DNA from: a virus
DNA: 64,000 nt
Reading direction: 5' to 3' (one strand)
IMG/VR virus record: IMGVR_UViG_3300050144_000081
Location: 5,068-69,067 of that record
The notes under the pieces are model-generated. The model did not search any database. It was not told the DNA's origin and was given only the letters and a program-made list of their open reading frames with translations. A program made the translations under genes and the position numbers. Positions 45,216 to 55,589 of this stretch are shown in pieces; position 1 is the first letter of the stretch, and every line of letters begins with the position of its first letter.

Positions 45216-45974
45216 TCAGCCGCCGACCGCGTTTTTCCAGTCGGTCCGGTCGAGCGCTGTCAGGCTGGCCAGCGTCATCTGCACCGAGGTGACGATGGTC
45301 TGGCCGTCGGTGGTGATCGGGTGCGTCAGCGGCTTGGAGATGGACTCGATCACCATCGGCATGTAGAAGCAGCTGCGGAAGATCATACCAATGATGCTGG
45401 GCGCCCGACTGGGGTAGACCGACCTGACGGCGCTTCCAGACTCGACCAGGTTGGTCAGAAACCCATCCTGCGCCAGATGTTCGGCCATGCTCCACTCCAT
45501 CAGCTGGTTCACAGGCTTCTTGACCTCCTTGATCGGGTCACGCAGCGCTCGGAAGTGCGCCGTCATGGTGATCTTCAGCGGTGGGCTGCCGTTGTAGATC
45601 TGGGTGCTGTTGAGCTTGGTGATCGAGGTCGATCCGGTCAGGCTGTTGGCTTGTTCCTGTGCGGCACTGAGCGCGCTGTCTGCGGCGGATCCGTTCGGAA
45701 CGTGCTTCTGCAGCGCGTTCATGATCGCACCGAAACCGCCAACTTGCAGCATTGCCGAAAACGTTGACATGCCGCTGTCTGCCGTCTGGTTCTCGAATGG
45801 ACTGGTCCAGTTCTGTGTCTGTTCCGCCGTCGCATCGGTGATCGGCGCCATGACTTGTGTGTCATCAAAGGCCTGGAATGACCGGCTGTTTCCGTCCTGT
45901 GTCATCCGGACAGGAAACCAGACGGCCATGAGGTGGGGGGACAGGCTCCCCCATTCCGACTTCAGCAGCGGCAT
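45216..45974 (-). CDS. Putative baseplate / tail-tube initiator protein
   Basis: NWTSPFE...TQIYNGSPPLKI; downstream of the sheath cluster. Confidence 0.55.
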   Translation of the reverse strand: MPLLKSEWGSLSPHLMAVWFPVRMTQDGNSRSFQAFDDTQVMAPITDATAEQTQNWTSPFENQTADSGMSTFSAMLQVGGFGAIMNALQKHVPNGSAADSALSAAQEQANSLTGSTSITKLNSTQIYNGSPPLKITMTAHFRALRDPIKEVKKPVNQLMEWSMAEHLAQDGFLTNLVESGSAVRSVYPSRAPSIIGMIFRSCFYMPMVIESISKPLTHPITTDGQTIVTSVQMTLASLTALDRTDWKNAVGG

Positions 45975-45984
45975 GCGATCAGCT

Positions 45985-46716
45985 TCAGACGCCCGACTTC
46001 ATGCCGAGCTTGGAGCGCATGTGCATCGACTTCAGGCGCTTCATCTTCGCGCCGGCGCTGAACGAGCGCATGCGGGCTTTTTTCAGCGCGACCCGCTGTG
46101 CACCCGACAGGCGAACGCTGCCGCTCACGCGCTTGTTGACACGCATGCGCTTGCCGCCGCGCACGACGTTGCGCATCTTGTACGCCGCGTCCAGGATGAC
46201 CGCGCTGTCAAACAGGGGCTCCTGTTCATCAGCGCCGAATGCGAACCCGTCGATGTCGTCTTCGGTCAGCTCTTCGCTGATGACGAAATCGGACACCCGC
46301 TGTGCCGCATCGTTGTCGCCATCAATGGCTGAGACAGCATCGTCCTCGCCGATGCCGGCCGACACGAGGTAGCTGACAGCCAGCTCCATGTAGGTCTGCG
46401 CCAGTGCGGCCTCGTCTTCGGTCAGGTCACCATCTTCGGAATCGGCCACGGCGCCGACCAGCATCGCGTACAGCCGGTCCGCCATGCCCTCGCCTTCGTC
46501 CAGATCCTCGGGGCTGGTTTCGGCCCACTCGTGCACGATGCCAGCCACCTCGGCGCGGTCGGATCCGGACTGGAATGTGGCCGCAGCGTCCAGGATCAGT
46601 TCCTCGCGCGTGCGCTTCTCCAGCACCGGTTCCGGCTTCGCCTCCGGGGTGACCACGGGCGCGAACATCGCCGCGGCATAGGCCGCCGCCGGGTGTTGCG
46701 TGAAAGTTCGCTTCAT
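45985..46716 (-). CDS. Acidic protein with basic C-terminal tail, prohead core/scaffold-like (P1 gp21-like)
   Basis: Very acidic body, then VVRGGKR.R.NKR......LSGAQR.ALKKAR..S....AK.KR.KSM. Confidence 0.6.
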   Translation of the reverse strand: MKRTFTQHPAAAYAAAMFAPVVTPEAKPEPVLEKRTREELILDAAATFQSGSDRAEVAGIVHEWAETSPEDLDEGEGMADRLYAMLVGAVADSEDGDLTEDEAALAQTYMELAVSYLVSAGIGEDDAVSAIDGDNDAAQRVSDFVISEELTEDDIDGFAFGADEQEPLFDSAVILDAAYKMRNVVRGGKRMRVNKRVSGSVRLSGAQRVALKKARMRSFSAGAKMKRLKSMHMRSKLGMKSGV

Positions 46717-46770
46717 GTTGTCCTCTCATGGGGCGGGACCAGCCCGCCCCTGTCGATTACCTGGCTGGGG

Positions 46771-48600
46771 TCACTTGCTCAGGTACGGGGTGACAAAGAA
46801 CTGGCGCACGTTGCCGTCGAACGATGCCCAGTACCGCACTGTGATGCGGTCCGGGCGGCTTTCGTCCGCCAGAACCTCCCAGGTCATCGAGCGGCCCTGC
46901 AGCTGCACGGCCGGGCGCATCCAGTCCGAGGCCATCGCATCCGCGTTGAGGCGGTCGAAGAAGGCATTGACCTTGCGCACGGCCTCCTGCAGCGGAAGGT
47001 GGATCAGCTGCTGGCAGTAGGCTGATACCTGCCACTCGATCTCGACCGACCGCTCCGTCACCGTGATCAACTTGCGCTTGGACACGTCGGTCTTGGCTGT
47101 GGTCAGCTGGTCTGCGAACACATAGATGTCGCCAGAACCGTAGTTCTTGTTCGTGACCGGGTTGAGATGGAACTTCGATGCATCGCTCTCATCGCCATCG
47201 GTCAGCGTCACCATCTTGCGCATGCCAGCGCGCTGGACGGGGTAGTCCTTGCCGGCAATCGGGTACTGCTTCGGCGCGAATCCCTTGGCGTTGCGCTGTG
47301 CGTTGCGCTTGGCACGCAGGCCGGCTTGCAGGCCTGCCGAGCCCCAGATCGCACGACCACCGTTCAGTGGGTCGATCGCCTCGATCGGTGCCCAGTAGGC
47401 CTGCACCAGGTGCGAGTCGAAGCCGAGCGCGCGATGGAATGCGATGGCGGCGTCCTTGCCCAGTGAGCCGGCCACGTCGTAGACGAACTGGATGTCCGCT
47501 TCGATCGCAGCTTGCGCCAGTTTTGTCAGCATGCTCACCGACTGGGTGCCGCCGCTGATCATGTAGCCGAACGGAAGATCACCGTTCACCAGCGCATTGA
47601 TGCAGCGGCTGTAGTCGGTCTCGGCGTAGCTCGTGGCGCCCTCCGTGAACAGCACCAGGGGGCCGATCGATGCACCCCACTTCGCGCGGCCATTCACGTC
47701 GTTGCCGTAGCAACTCGCCGTGGTCGGGACCACTGCACCCGGGGCCACGCTGATCACATAGCTGTCGTCCTGCATCGCGACAACGTCCGGCAGATACTTC
47801 GAGCCAGAGAAGTCATCCAGCGCCGCTCCATCCAGGGATCCGGTGAACTCGCGAACGATCTCGCCCGTGGCCGGGTCAGCGATGCGCAGCACGATGTCCG
47901 TGGACGCCATCAGCGTGGCCGTGTCGGTCGACAGCGCATTCAGCGACAGCATCACGCCATCGTTCCAGCAGTTCTTGTCCTCGATCGCCAACACGTAGTT
48001 CGAGGTCGGCAACACTTCTTCTGCGAACCACGATGCATTCTCGGCCACCGTGACGGCGGGGGCCGTGGTGTAGCCTGATCCACCGTTGATGATGGTCACG
48101 CCGGTGATGGCGCCATTCGTTGCGATGACCGTGCCCTTGGCGCCGGATCCCACACCAGTGAATGCCAGTGTCTGGCCGGTGACATAGTAGCTGCCGCCGG
48201 CAGTGATGTTGATGCCCGTGACAATGCCCCCGGAAACCGTGGCGGACATCGCTGCACCACTGGCCAGGCGCAGAACGGCAAAGCGGTTGACCGTGCCGGC
48301 GCTGGTCAGGCGCTGTACGACGAACTCGAAGGCGCCGGCTTGCAGCGCTTCGTAAATCTGCAGGCGCCCCTCGTTCAGTGCACTCGCGCGCAACGGGGTC
48401 GGCTTCTGGCCGGTGGTGGTCGCGAAGTTGCCGCGGTTGACACGAAACGGGCGATCGATGCGGCCACGCGGCAGGCGGGCAACCACACCGATGATCTGGT
48501 CAGTGGTGCTGATCGGTGCGCCGTCGGTGTTGTCGATCAGCGGGTTCAGCTGGACGCCAGGCTGGTAGCCAAGGGCGCGCAGAAACGGGCGGTAGCTCAT
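46771..48600 (-). CDS. Contractile tail sheath protein
   Basis: 609 aa; RALG.QPGVQLNP..D...RGRIDRPF; R.ARN.QRNAKG.AP...PIAG; C-terminal W...D..RQ.F. Confidence 0.85.
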   Translation of the reverse strand: MSYRPFLRALGYQPGVQLNPLIDNTDGAPISTTDQIIGVVARLPRGRIDRPFRVNRGNFATTTGQKPTPLRASALNEGRLQIYEALQAGAFEFVVQRLTSAGTVNRFAVLRLASGAAMSATVSGGIVTGINITAGGSYYVTGQTLAFTGVGSGAKGTVIATNGAITGVTIINGGSGYTTAPAVTVAENASWFAEEVLPTSNYVLAIEDKNCWNDGVMLSLNALSTDTATLMASTDIVLRIADPATGEIVREFTGSLDGAALDDFSGSKYLPDVVAMQDDSYVISVAPGAVVPTTASCYGNDVNGRAKWGASIGPLVLFTEGATSYAETDYSRCINALVNGDLPFGYMISGGTQSVSMLTKLAQAAIEADIQFVYDVAGSLGKDAAIAFHRALGFDSHLVQAYWAPIEAIDPLNGGRAIWGSAGLQAGLRAKRNAQRNAKGFAPKQYPIAGKDYPVQRAGMRKMVTLTDGDESDASKFHLNPVTNKNYGSGDIYVFADQLTTAKTDVSKRKLITVTERSVEIEWQVSAYCQQLIHLPLQEAVRKVNAFFDRLNADAMASDWMRPAVQLQGRSMTWEVLADESRPDRITVRYWASFDGNVRQFFVTPYLSK

Positions 48601-48617
48601 GGATGTTCCTTTTCAGT

Positions 48618-48992
48618 TCACAGGCCGCTGGGCAGGCCGGTGATGATGATCTCTGCGCTGACGTTCTGCAGCGCGGCGAGGTCGCGGATGTTCTGGACGG
48701 ATGCGCGCGCGTGGTCGGCGTCGTGCAAGGTGATGGTGCGCAGCGTTCCCGGCGAAGAATGCAGACCGCAGACCGGGCACACGATTGCCGCCCGGCTGTC
48801 GTTGCGCACGCCGATCACGACAGGCCATGCCTGCACCGAGGCATCCTCAGTGCGTTGGACCTCGGGCGGCTCGGCAATGTCGTTGATCACCGGGGCATCG
48901 ATCTCTTCGACTTTTGCCGGCACCTTCTGCGTGACCCCTGCCGGCTTCAGTCCGGCAGAGAGGGTCACAGCGGGGCGGTTTTGGGTTGCCAT
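48618..48992 (-). CDS. Hypothetical virion-operon protein
   Basis: 124 aa between capsid and sheath. Confidence 0.55.
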   Translation of the reverse strand: MATQNRPAVTLSAGLKPAGVTQKVPAKVEEIDAPVINDIAEPPEVQRTEDASVQAWPVVIGVRNDSRAAIVCPVCGLHSSPGTLRTITLHDADHARASVQNIRDLAALQNVSAEIIITGLPSGL

Positions 48993-49009
48993 GCTGTTCC
49001 CCTCGGGGC

Positions 49010-50665
49010 TCACTTGAGGCCAGTCAGCTTCAGCCGAGCGCACCCCAGCGCACTCGGGACGTGCGGGTTGACGCTGGTGAAGTTTCGGGCGTACAGGCCG
49101 TCGTTCTGGCTGAAGTCGCCGGTCATGGCGATCGGCATGAACGTCGGGGCCACGGCATCGCCCAGGATGATCGGGCAGCGGGCCGGCTGCGACGAGCGGC
49201 CAACACCGATCATCTCGGACCACGAGCCGTCAGCGGCCTCTTCGACCACCTTGGGGGAGTAGTAGATCTCGTACTTGCCCCACAGGCGACCGACGCGGTA
49301 GATGCCGGCGCGGCCGGAGATCCCGCTGGTCTGGAACACGTCGCCGGGAGCCGACTGCAGCAGCGCGGCCAGGTTCTTGCCCACGTAGTAGTGGGTGACG
49401 CCGTGGTCCATCGTGGCCTCGGCCATCTCCTGGTCGATCACCGAGAAGATCGGGGCGGCGTCGCGCCACATCATGTCCAGCGACTTCGCGCCCTTCTGCG
49501 TGGCAACGTCGAAGTTGAATTCCTTCGACAGGTTGCGGCCCAGGGCCGCGACGTAGCGCAGCGCGTTGTAGTGGCGCTCGGACTCCACCTGCGTGCGCAC
49601 AGCCATCAGAGATTCGCTGCGCGAGTCCAGGCCCAGTTCATTGGCCAGCTGGGTCGAAAAGTCGATCGTCGAGCCGGTCATGATGCGCATCGCCGTGGCG
49701 AGCATCTCGTAGGTCTTGACTTCGACGATGACGCGCGGGGCCAGGCCAGGAGCGGCTTCGTAGTCGACCACAGCTTCGGCGGTGATCACCATGTCGGCGG
49801 TGGGCGCCGGGGTGCAGGAGACCGACGACAGTACGGCGGTGGTCGAGTTGATCTGCGCGGCCAGCGTGTAGGTGACACCAGCCAGCGTGATCTGCCCGGT
49901 CATCGTGCCGGGCGAGGATGCCGGCTCGAACGCAACGGGGATGCCGTTCGCGTAGAGCATGCTGCGGCCCTTCAGCACGGGCACGCTGGTCTTGGCCGGG
50001 TCGCAGAAGCCGGGCAGGCTGACGAGGTTTTCGGCAGTGAACTTCGACGAGGTGGCCAGCGTGCCGCCAGCGGCCTTGAGCATGACCGTGCGCACCGACA
50101 TCGCGTAGCTGCCGCCGCAGCTCACGCCGTCCATCAGCGAGCCCTTGGCGTAGTCACCCCAGGTGCTGTCGGCGACGTGGTTCAGGATGGCCAGCTGCGC
50201 CTTGTTCGACTTGATGTCCACCGGAAGGTAGCCGGCGAAGGGAATCGCTTCGCTGATCGCCGAGACGATGGCGGTGATCGTGCGGTTGGCCTGCAGCGCG
50301 CCGTTGTCGGAGTGGTTCGAGTTGGCCGCCGAGTCCAGGACGATGCTGTTGCCGTTGCTCTTCAGCGGCTTTGTGGCGGCGTAGCCCTGCTGGATGGCGG
50401 CTTCGACCACGTCGGCCGACACATCGACGCCGTGGCGCGACTTGAACTCGGCACAGCCGATGCGAACCGAGTCCAGCACGCGGGAGGCCTGGTCATCGGG
50501 GAGGTGTTCGATCGAACTGGCCAGGTGCTTCGGCAGCGCGAAGCCGGACTGGTTCTTGACGCTGTCGAGCAGCGAGGTGCCGGCATCGCCGGGCGTGGCA
50601 TTGCTGACGCTGTCGAGGTAGGCGGCGACATCTGCCGTCTGGCCGAGGTACTGATGCTGGGGCAT
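49010..50665 (-). CDS. Major capsid protein (P1 gp23-like)
   Basis: About 550 aa; LDSA...SEAIPFA.Y...ELANELGLD...G.YRVG.L.G.Y..YY.P; start re-picked at GGAG-preceded ATG. Confidence 0.85.
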   Translation of the reverse strand: MPQHQYLGQTADVAAYLDSVSNATPGDAGTSLLDSVKNQSGFALPKHLASSIEHLPDDQASRVLDSVRIGCAEFKSRHGVDVSADVVEAAIQQGYAATKPLKSNGNSIVLDSAANSNHSDNGALQANRTITAIVSAISEAIPFAGYLPVDIKSNKAQLAILNHVADSTWGDYAKGSLMDGVSCGGSYAMSVRTVMLKAAGGTLATSSKFTAENLVSLPGFCDPAKTSVPVLKGRSMLYANGIPVAFEPASSPGTMTGQITLAGVTYTLAAQINSTTAVLSSVSCTPAPTADMVITAEAVVDYEAAPGLAPRVIVEVKTYEMLATAMRIMTGSTIDFSTQLANELGLDSRSESLMAVRTQVESERHYNALRYVAALGRNLSKEFNFDVATQKGAKSLDMMWRDAAPIFSVIDQEMAEATMDHGVTHYYVGKNLAALLQSAPGDVFQTSGISGRAGIYRVGRLWGKYEIYYSPKVVEEAADGSWSEMIGVGRSSQPARCPIILGDAVAPTFMPIAMTGDFSQNDGLYARNFTSVNPHVPSALGCARLKLTGLK

Positions 50666-50812
50666 CTGGGGCTCCGGTGAGTCTGTCGGCGATGCCGACG
50701 CATGTTTCGCCGGCACATGCCGACTTCACCGAAGTGTTTCCCCTCTGCTTATTCAGTGCCAGTGTGCTTTTCCGAGTCGCACTGCAGGCCTTCTCCATGG
50801 CAGTTCGGGCCG

Positions 50813-51163
50813 TCATGCCGACCCCATGAACTGCTCAGACTCGATCCGATCGCACAGGATCTGCTCGGCCTGATCGCCGATCACGCGGCCATGCAGGCGC
50901 AGGATGATCCGGCGGTTGCGGTCGTTGTCCAGCAACAGCGATCCGCTGACCGGAAGCACTGACTTGACACGGGGCTTACGCTCCCTGCCGCGCGGCGGGA
51001 ACTCGACCAGCACCGAGCCGCGCAACGATGGGTGGTCGATCAGCTCCGGATCGACGCACACCACCCGGCCGTCGCGCCAGGCATCAGGCGATCCGATCTT
51101 GAGCGCGTCGCCGTTGAGGATGACTCGCCACCCGATCATGTGGCTGTTGAGCGGTAGCGTCAT
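50813..51163 (-). CDS. Hypothetical protein
   Basis: ATGA-coupled start within ORF 50813..51559. Confidence 0.55.
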   Translation of the reverse strand: MTLPLNSHMIGWRVILNGDALKIGSPDAWRDGRVVCVDPELIDHPSLRGSVLVEFPPRGRERKPRVKSVLPVSGSLLLDNDRNRRIILRLHGRVIGDQAEQILCDRIESEQFMGSA

Positions 51164-51360
51164 ACTGAGTCCCCATCCAGCCGCATGTCCCGCAGTGCGC
51201 CGAGGATCTGCTCGGACAGCTCGGGCCAGCATGCCGCGCTGACGGAGCTCTTGATCTCGACCAGGGCGGCCGCGCCGTCGTCCATCGTGACGATTGCCAG
51301 CTCGGTGTTGTCGTCCGAGTCCTCGATCACGATCTGAGAAGGGAAGCGGGCGATGCTCAT
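51160..51360 (-). CDS. Small hypothetical protein
   Basis: 66 aa, coupled. Confidence 0.55.
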   Translation of the reverse strand: MSIARFPSQIVIEDSDDNTELAIVTMDDGAAALVEIKSSVSAACWPELSEQILGALRDMRLDGDSV

Positions 51361-51578
51361 GCTGATCCTTCCCGCGCAGATGCGCACATTTCGCGGTCGA
51401 TGCACCGCCTTTGATGCTTGATGCGCACATCGGACTCCATCTCCGCCCGCGGGCGGTGGACCCCGCAGCGGATGCAGGAGACGCGCAGCGGGTGGCCGCG
51501 TTCAAACTGGCTGCCGGCGGGCTTGGTGGGGGTGTGGGTGTGTGGGCTCCACAGTTCATCCCTCCTAACCCGGCTCAA
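51357..51578 (-). CDS. Small Cys-containing protein
   Basis: CIRC...RC....C; TTGA coupling. Confidence 0.45.
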   Translation of the reverse strand: MSRVRRDELWSPHTHTPTKPAGSQFERGHPLRVSCIRCGVHRPRAEMESDVRIKHQRRCIDREMCASAREGSA

Positions 51579-52195
51579 GAGACTACCCCCGCTCCGCGCC
51601 CGAAGACGGAAACAATGCGCTCTCGCAGCCCGGATAACGTGAACTGGTGGCGGCGGAGGTGGTCACGGATCAGCGCCGCGTCGGCAGGGCTGCGCAGCTC
51701 GATCAACTCCAGCGCGAGCGATCGAATCGGCGCTGGCGCGGCATGAATTCTTCGCGCGAGGGCCAGGCACTCCCCTACAAGTTCTGCGCCAACTTGGATG
51801 CGTGGACTGGATGGACGTACAGCGCCAATGCCGTGCCCCATTTCGGGGATCAGCATCTGCATCGACACCAGCACGAGTTGCGCATGCCCGGACCAGTCAA
51901 TGCGCATGCCTGGCGTGTCGGCGATGTGGCGCAGCACCTTCTTCGCATCAGCGAACGAGAGGCACCACGGGTCCGGCTCCGCTGGATGCGATTTCGGAAT
52001 CCCGGCGCCGCGGAAGAGCACCGCACCGAAGTCCGTGAGTTTGCGGCGGTAGGTGTCGCTGCGCTGGGCAAACACGGCCCGGGTCAGGTCAATCACCCGG
52101 ATGATGTACCCATGCTCGGCGTGCCTGTGAAACGCGATCTGCGTTCCATCGACCTCGATGATGGGGGTGGCAGACGGGATGGATTGGGCGTGCAT
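51575..52195 (-). CDS. Hypothetical protein, possibly regulatory
   Basis: 206 aa, AGGAG SD, preceded by an AT-rich AGCAC-repeat gap. Confidence 0.55.
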   Translation of the reverse strand: MHAQSIPSATPIIEVDGTQIAFHRHAEHGYIIRVIDLTRAVFAQRSDTYRRKLTDFGAVLFRGAGIPKSHPAEPDPWCLSFADAKKVLRHIADTPGMRIDWSGHAQLVLVSMQMLIPEMGHGIGAVRPSSPRIQVGAELVGECLALARRIHAAPAPIRSLALELIELRSPADAALIRDHLRRHQFTLSGLRERIVSVFGRGAGVVS

Positions 52196-52260
52196 GATGC
52201 TCCTCTATTGCAACAAGGATGCAAATTTAGCACATCAAAAGCACTACGTGTGCACAAATG

Positions 52261-52743
52261 CTATTCAGTTCCCTTCAAGCCATCCAGCTCCGCCTCCAGT
52301 GCAGTGCATTCGGCTGTCAGCGTGTCGCGCGCTTCGGTGAGTTGCTTGAGTTGATTCGTGCGGCTCACACGAATGGCGGACACCCCCGCCACAGGGGCCT
52401 TGGTCAGCGCGGCCTGGAACTTGGCGCGGCCAGCGGCGAGTCGGCCGGCGATCTCCTTCGCTGCGGCGCTGGCATCGGTCTGCGCTGTAATCGGGATGGG
52501 CTTGCCGTTCAGGCGCACCTCGAACACGTCGCCGGCGGGTGACTTGAACAGCATCTGCACCTGCTGCGAGTCAGCGAAGCTCAGGCTGGCCGTGCGGTAC
52601 GCGATGCCGGCGCGCTTGAGTGGAGCGCCCTGGTCGACAGACTGGGCGATCACGACCGCACCGGCCTGCCCCAGCTTCCGGGCGAGCGCCTTGAGCGCGG
52701 GGTCTTTGTCAGACGGCTTGTCGTAGTTGAGCGAGATGGCCAT
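52261..52743 (-). CDS. Hdf / DarA-C-like virion protein
   Basis: KRAGIAYRTASLSFADSQQV......GDVFEVRLNGK.IPI..Q.D...A.KEIA.RL.AGR.KFQ.AL. Confidence 0.75.
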   Translation of the reverse strand: MAISLNYDKPSDKDPALKALARKLGQAGAVVIAQSVDQGAPLKRAGIAYRTASLSFADSQQVQMLFKSPAGDVFEVRLNGKPIPITAQTDASAAAKEIAGRLAAGRAKFQAALTKAPVAGVSAIRVSRTNQLKQLTEARDTLTAECTALEAELDGLKGTE

Positions 52744-52875
52744 GGGTGGATGATCGGCGCCATGCAAGGACTGTGTCCGGCCTGTTTTCCGTGTGCTTTA
52801 AAAATATCATTCAGGTGCTTGTGCGCTTACATGAACTGATATACGATTCAAACATCGAAGCACCAAGAGAGCACC

Positions 52876-53268
52876 ATGACCACCGCCAAACAGAACAACC
52901 TGATCGCTGAATTCATCGCCACGGCAGCCGTGAACGGCGTGTCCGTCAAGGCAATCGCCGCCAGCAGCAAGCACCCGATGATCCGGTCCAGCAAGGCCAA
53001 GCAGATTCGCAATGTGGTCGATCGTCTCGCTTGGGGTCTTGATGAGTTGGGGAATTCCGTCGTGCTCGGGGCCGATGGCATCGTCCGCCAGGTTCTGGCC
53101 TGCGAGATGAAAGGCTTCGTGCAAGAGACCGAATTGCCGATCCGTGAAGTGATCACGGCCGAACTGGCACAGAAGTTCGGCGTCACGGTCGAGTACGCTC
53201 GCAAGAGGTACCAGCCGATGAGCGACCTGGCCATCAAGGGGCTGTACCGTACCGAGATGGCGCGCTGA
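52876..53268 (+). CDS. Hypothetical protein (rightward insertion in the tail block)
   Basis: 130 aa after an AT-rich promoter-like gap. Confidence 0.6.
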   Translation: MTTAKQNNLIAEFIATAAVNGVSVKAIAASSKHPMIRSSKAKQIRNVVDRLAWGLDELGNSVVLGADGIVRQVLACEMKGFVQETELPIREVITAELAQKFGVTVEYARKRYQPMSDLAIKGLYRTEMAR

Positions 53269-53271
53269 GGT

Positions 53272-53559
53272 CTATCCTCCGGCAAACACGTTCGGCGACC
53301 CAGCCGCCGACACGCTGCCGCAGCTCACTGGGTCACCAATCCGGATCAGCGGCTTCCCGTTGACGAACACGGTGCCACTGCCCATGGCAGCGCTGCCTGA
53401 ATGGCATTTTTTCGGGCTGCAGTGCGGCACGTAGCCGTCGCCAGTCCTGAGCGCCGGGATGCCGTTGATCAGCACGTTCCCACTGCCGCCGTAGGAGGAC
53501 CGACCAGGGTACGGGCCATGCCCGGAACAGGCATCACCAGCGCGAGAGGCTGCAGGCAT
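53272..53559 (-). CDS. PAAR-repeat spike tip protein
   Basis: ASRAGD.CSGH...GS.NV.INGIPA.R.GD...H...H......GS.TVFVNGKP..RIGD. Confidence 0.92.
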   Translation of the reverse strand: MPAASRAGDACSGHGPYPGRSSYGGSGNVLINGIPALRTGDGYVPHCSPKKCHSGSAAMGSGTVFVNGKPLIRIGDPVSCGSVSAAGSPNVFAGG

Positions 53560-53562
53560 CGT

Positions 53563-54123
53563 TCATCTCCGTGCGTTGACCGCGGCCAGCAAGGCGTCGC
53601 GGTTGGGGGTGTAGTCCTTGCGCAGCCCGAACACGTAGGACCGGCGCTCAACGCCCAGCAGGCCGCCGCCATTGCCGCCCCAGTCCTCCACATCGACCAC
53701 GATTGTGTACCTGGGCCGGTGCGATGGGTCTGGCCTGTAGACGATCACTTCGGTGTGGTGGGGCGTGATGGCCTCGAATGCCTGCACATCGACCACCTGC
53801 CCGCCGGCCAGCACCTGCACGCCCAGTTCCAGAATCATGGGATTCTGCCCAAGCAGAAGGCGCGCGTCCGGCACTGCCAGCGTCAACTCAACCATTGGCG
53901 CTCTTGCGGCGGGAACCGGCCCCAGCGTGACACCGGCAGGGATCGGCGGCGTCACGCTGACGATGGTCACCCGTACCTCTCCTGGGGTTGGGTCAGCCGC
54001 CTCTCCAAAGATGCTGATCTTCTCCAGCAGAGGCTGCGCCGTGGCTGGCTGCTGGAACCACACATCAGCGTCGATGGCCTCGGCCAGGCCGCCGTAATCC
54101 TCGATACGCCAGATTGCCGCCAT
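53563..54123 (-). CDS. Putative baseplate-associated protein
   Basis: 186 aa between spike and PAAR genes. Confidence 0.55.
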   Translation of the reverse strand: MAAIWRIEDYGGLAEAIDADVWFQQPATAQPLLEKISIFGEAADPTPGEVRVTIVSVTPPIPAGVTLGPVPAARAPMVELTLAVPDARLLLGQNPMILELGVQVLAGGQVVDVQAFEAITPHHTEVIVYRPDPSHRPRYTIVVDVEDWGGNGGGLLGVERRSYVFGLRKDYTPNRDALLAAVNARR

Positions 54124-54129
54124 GCTGGG

Positions 54130-54681
54130 TCAGTTCAGGTTGATCGTACCGGCCTTTGCCGTGATGCTGCCGCCGTCGATCGTCAGCGAAGAGCCTCCAA
54201 CTGACAGGCGGATCTGGCTGCCAGTGACCTCGATTTTCGCCCCACCCACTGTTGCAGTGATCTTGCTGCCGGCCGTCACTTCGACTTCCTGCGATGCGCT
54301 GGCGATGATCTTGTTGCCACCCCCCGTCATGCGCACGTAGCCATTCGGTCCCTGGGCCTGCCAGGTCTCGTCGAACAGCAGTTCCATGTTCTTGTGGTGC
54401 CAGCGCCGCCAGTCGATCCGGTTGCCGATGTTCTTGGACCGGTACCAGGTGATGACAGGGAAACGCGGATCGCCCTGCGCGAACATGATCCAGACCCGGT
54501 CGCCGGGCAGGATCTCGATTTCGGTCTTCTCGCTCATGTCGCCCAGTGACTGCGCAATCTCCGCGATCGGCAGTTCGGGCGATCCATCGGTGATACCCGG
54601 AATCTTGATGCGGCACTGGCGCTTCGCAGCATCGTAGCTGACCACCTCGGCTGGCCAGAAGGCGTGGACTGCGTTCGTCAT
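54130..54681 (-). CDS. Baseplate spike / assembly protein V (gp5 OB-fold)
   Basis: AEV.SYD....CRI.IPG.TDG...LP...GDRVW..F..GDPRFP; beta-helix-like C-terminus ending INLN. Confidence 0.85.
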   Translation of the reverse strand: MTNAVHAFWPAEVVSYDAAKRQCRIKIPGITDGSPELPIAEIAQSLGDMSEKTEIEILPGDRVWIMFAQGDPRFPVITWYRSKNIGNRIDWRRWHHKNMELLFDETWQAQGPNGYVRMTGGGNKIIASASQEVEVTAGSKITATVGGAKIEVTGSQIRLSVGGSSLTIDGGSITAKAGTINLN

Positions 54682-55574
54682 GACTGGAGCTGCGCGACCC
54701 AGAAGGTCGACGACTGCTCACCATCTGCGCCACGTCCACCGGCAGTGAAAACGTGCGCGGCTGTGACCACGATGTATGGAGCCCCCCCGATCTTGAGGGA
54801 CAGGCCGGCCACGATGTCCGGGGCAAAGCCGGACTCCACCTTGCGCCTGGTGATCAGTGCGCTGCTCATGCTGTTCAGGACGTCCTGCGTGGCAAACGGA
54901 CGGTGCACCACCGTTCGGCCCGACTCGATTTTTCCAGCCAGGATGGCACCATTGGGGTCGGATGTGAACGTGAATGGGACCAGGTGCTTCTCAAGGAACG
55001 GACTGACCGATCGCTCGGCACTGTCCTCCTTCATTGTCATCACCGTTTTGGCTGCAGCAAGATCGGCCAGCCGGCGGAAGCTGATCTTGCCGTCATCAAT
55101 GCAGGTGATGGCCGCGGATCCTTCGTAGAGCGCCTTGGCCACCTCAAAAGTAGGCACCATGCCGCGCAGGCAGACAAACACCGGCACCTGGATGTCTGCC
55201 TCGATCGGCGCCCGCGCGCCGCATGCCCGGTAGATGTCGCCCAGCGATGCGCCGTAGCGGACGACGGCACGCTGCAGGGGCCTTGACAGGGGTGCGCAGC
55301 TGGCCAGCAGGCCGGTGAAGGTTCGGGTGCCGGTGGAGCGTGACCCTTCGCTGTAGCCGTCAGCGCGCTGCCCGCCCTCCTTGACCAGCTCGAACTCCAG
55401 CAGCTCACGCCCGACCTTGATCTTGGTTCCCTCGGACATCCCCGCCGTCTCCTCCACATCCCGCACCTCGATCTCGATCGTCTGCGGGATGGGGGTCAGG
55501 TCCGAGCGCAGGACAGCGCGAACCAGCACGTCACCGCGCAGCGGCTGGGATTGACCCGGGATCAGGACTTGCAC
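54678..55574 (-). CDS. Baseplate hub (gp27/late control D-like) protein
   Basis: 298 aa immediately upstream of the spike; LRSDL.PIP.T.E. Confidence 0.65.
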   Translation of the reverse strand: MQVLIPGQSQPLRGDVLVRAVLRSDLTPIPQTIEIEVRDVEETAGMSEGTKIKVGRELLEFELVKEGGQRADGYSEGSRSTGTRTFTGLLASCAPLSRPLQRAVVRYGASLGDIYRACGARAPIEADIQVPVFVCLRGMVPTFEVAKALYEGSAAITCIDDGKISFRRLADLAAAKTVMTMKEDSAERSVSPFLEKHLVPFTFTSDPNGAILAGKIESGRTVVHRPFATQDVLNSMSSALITRRKVESGFAPDIVAGLSLKIGGAPYIVVTAAHVFTAGGRGADGEQSSTFWVAQLQS

Positions 55575-55589
55575 GGCAGTGGCTCCGGA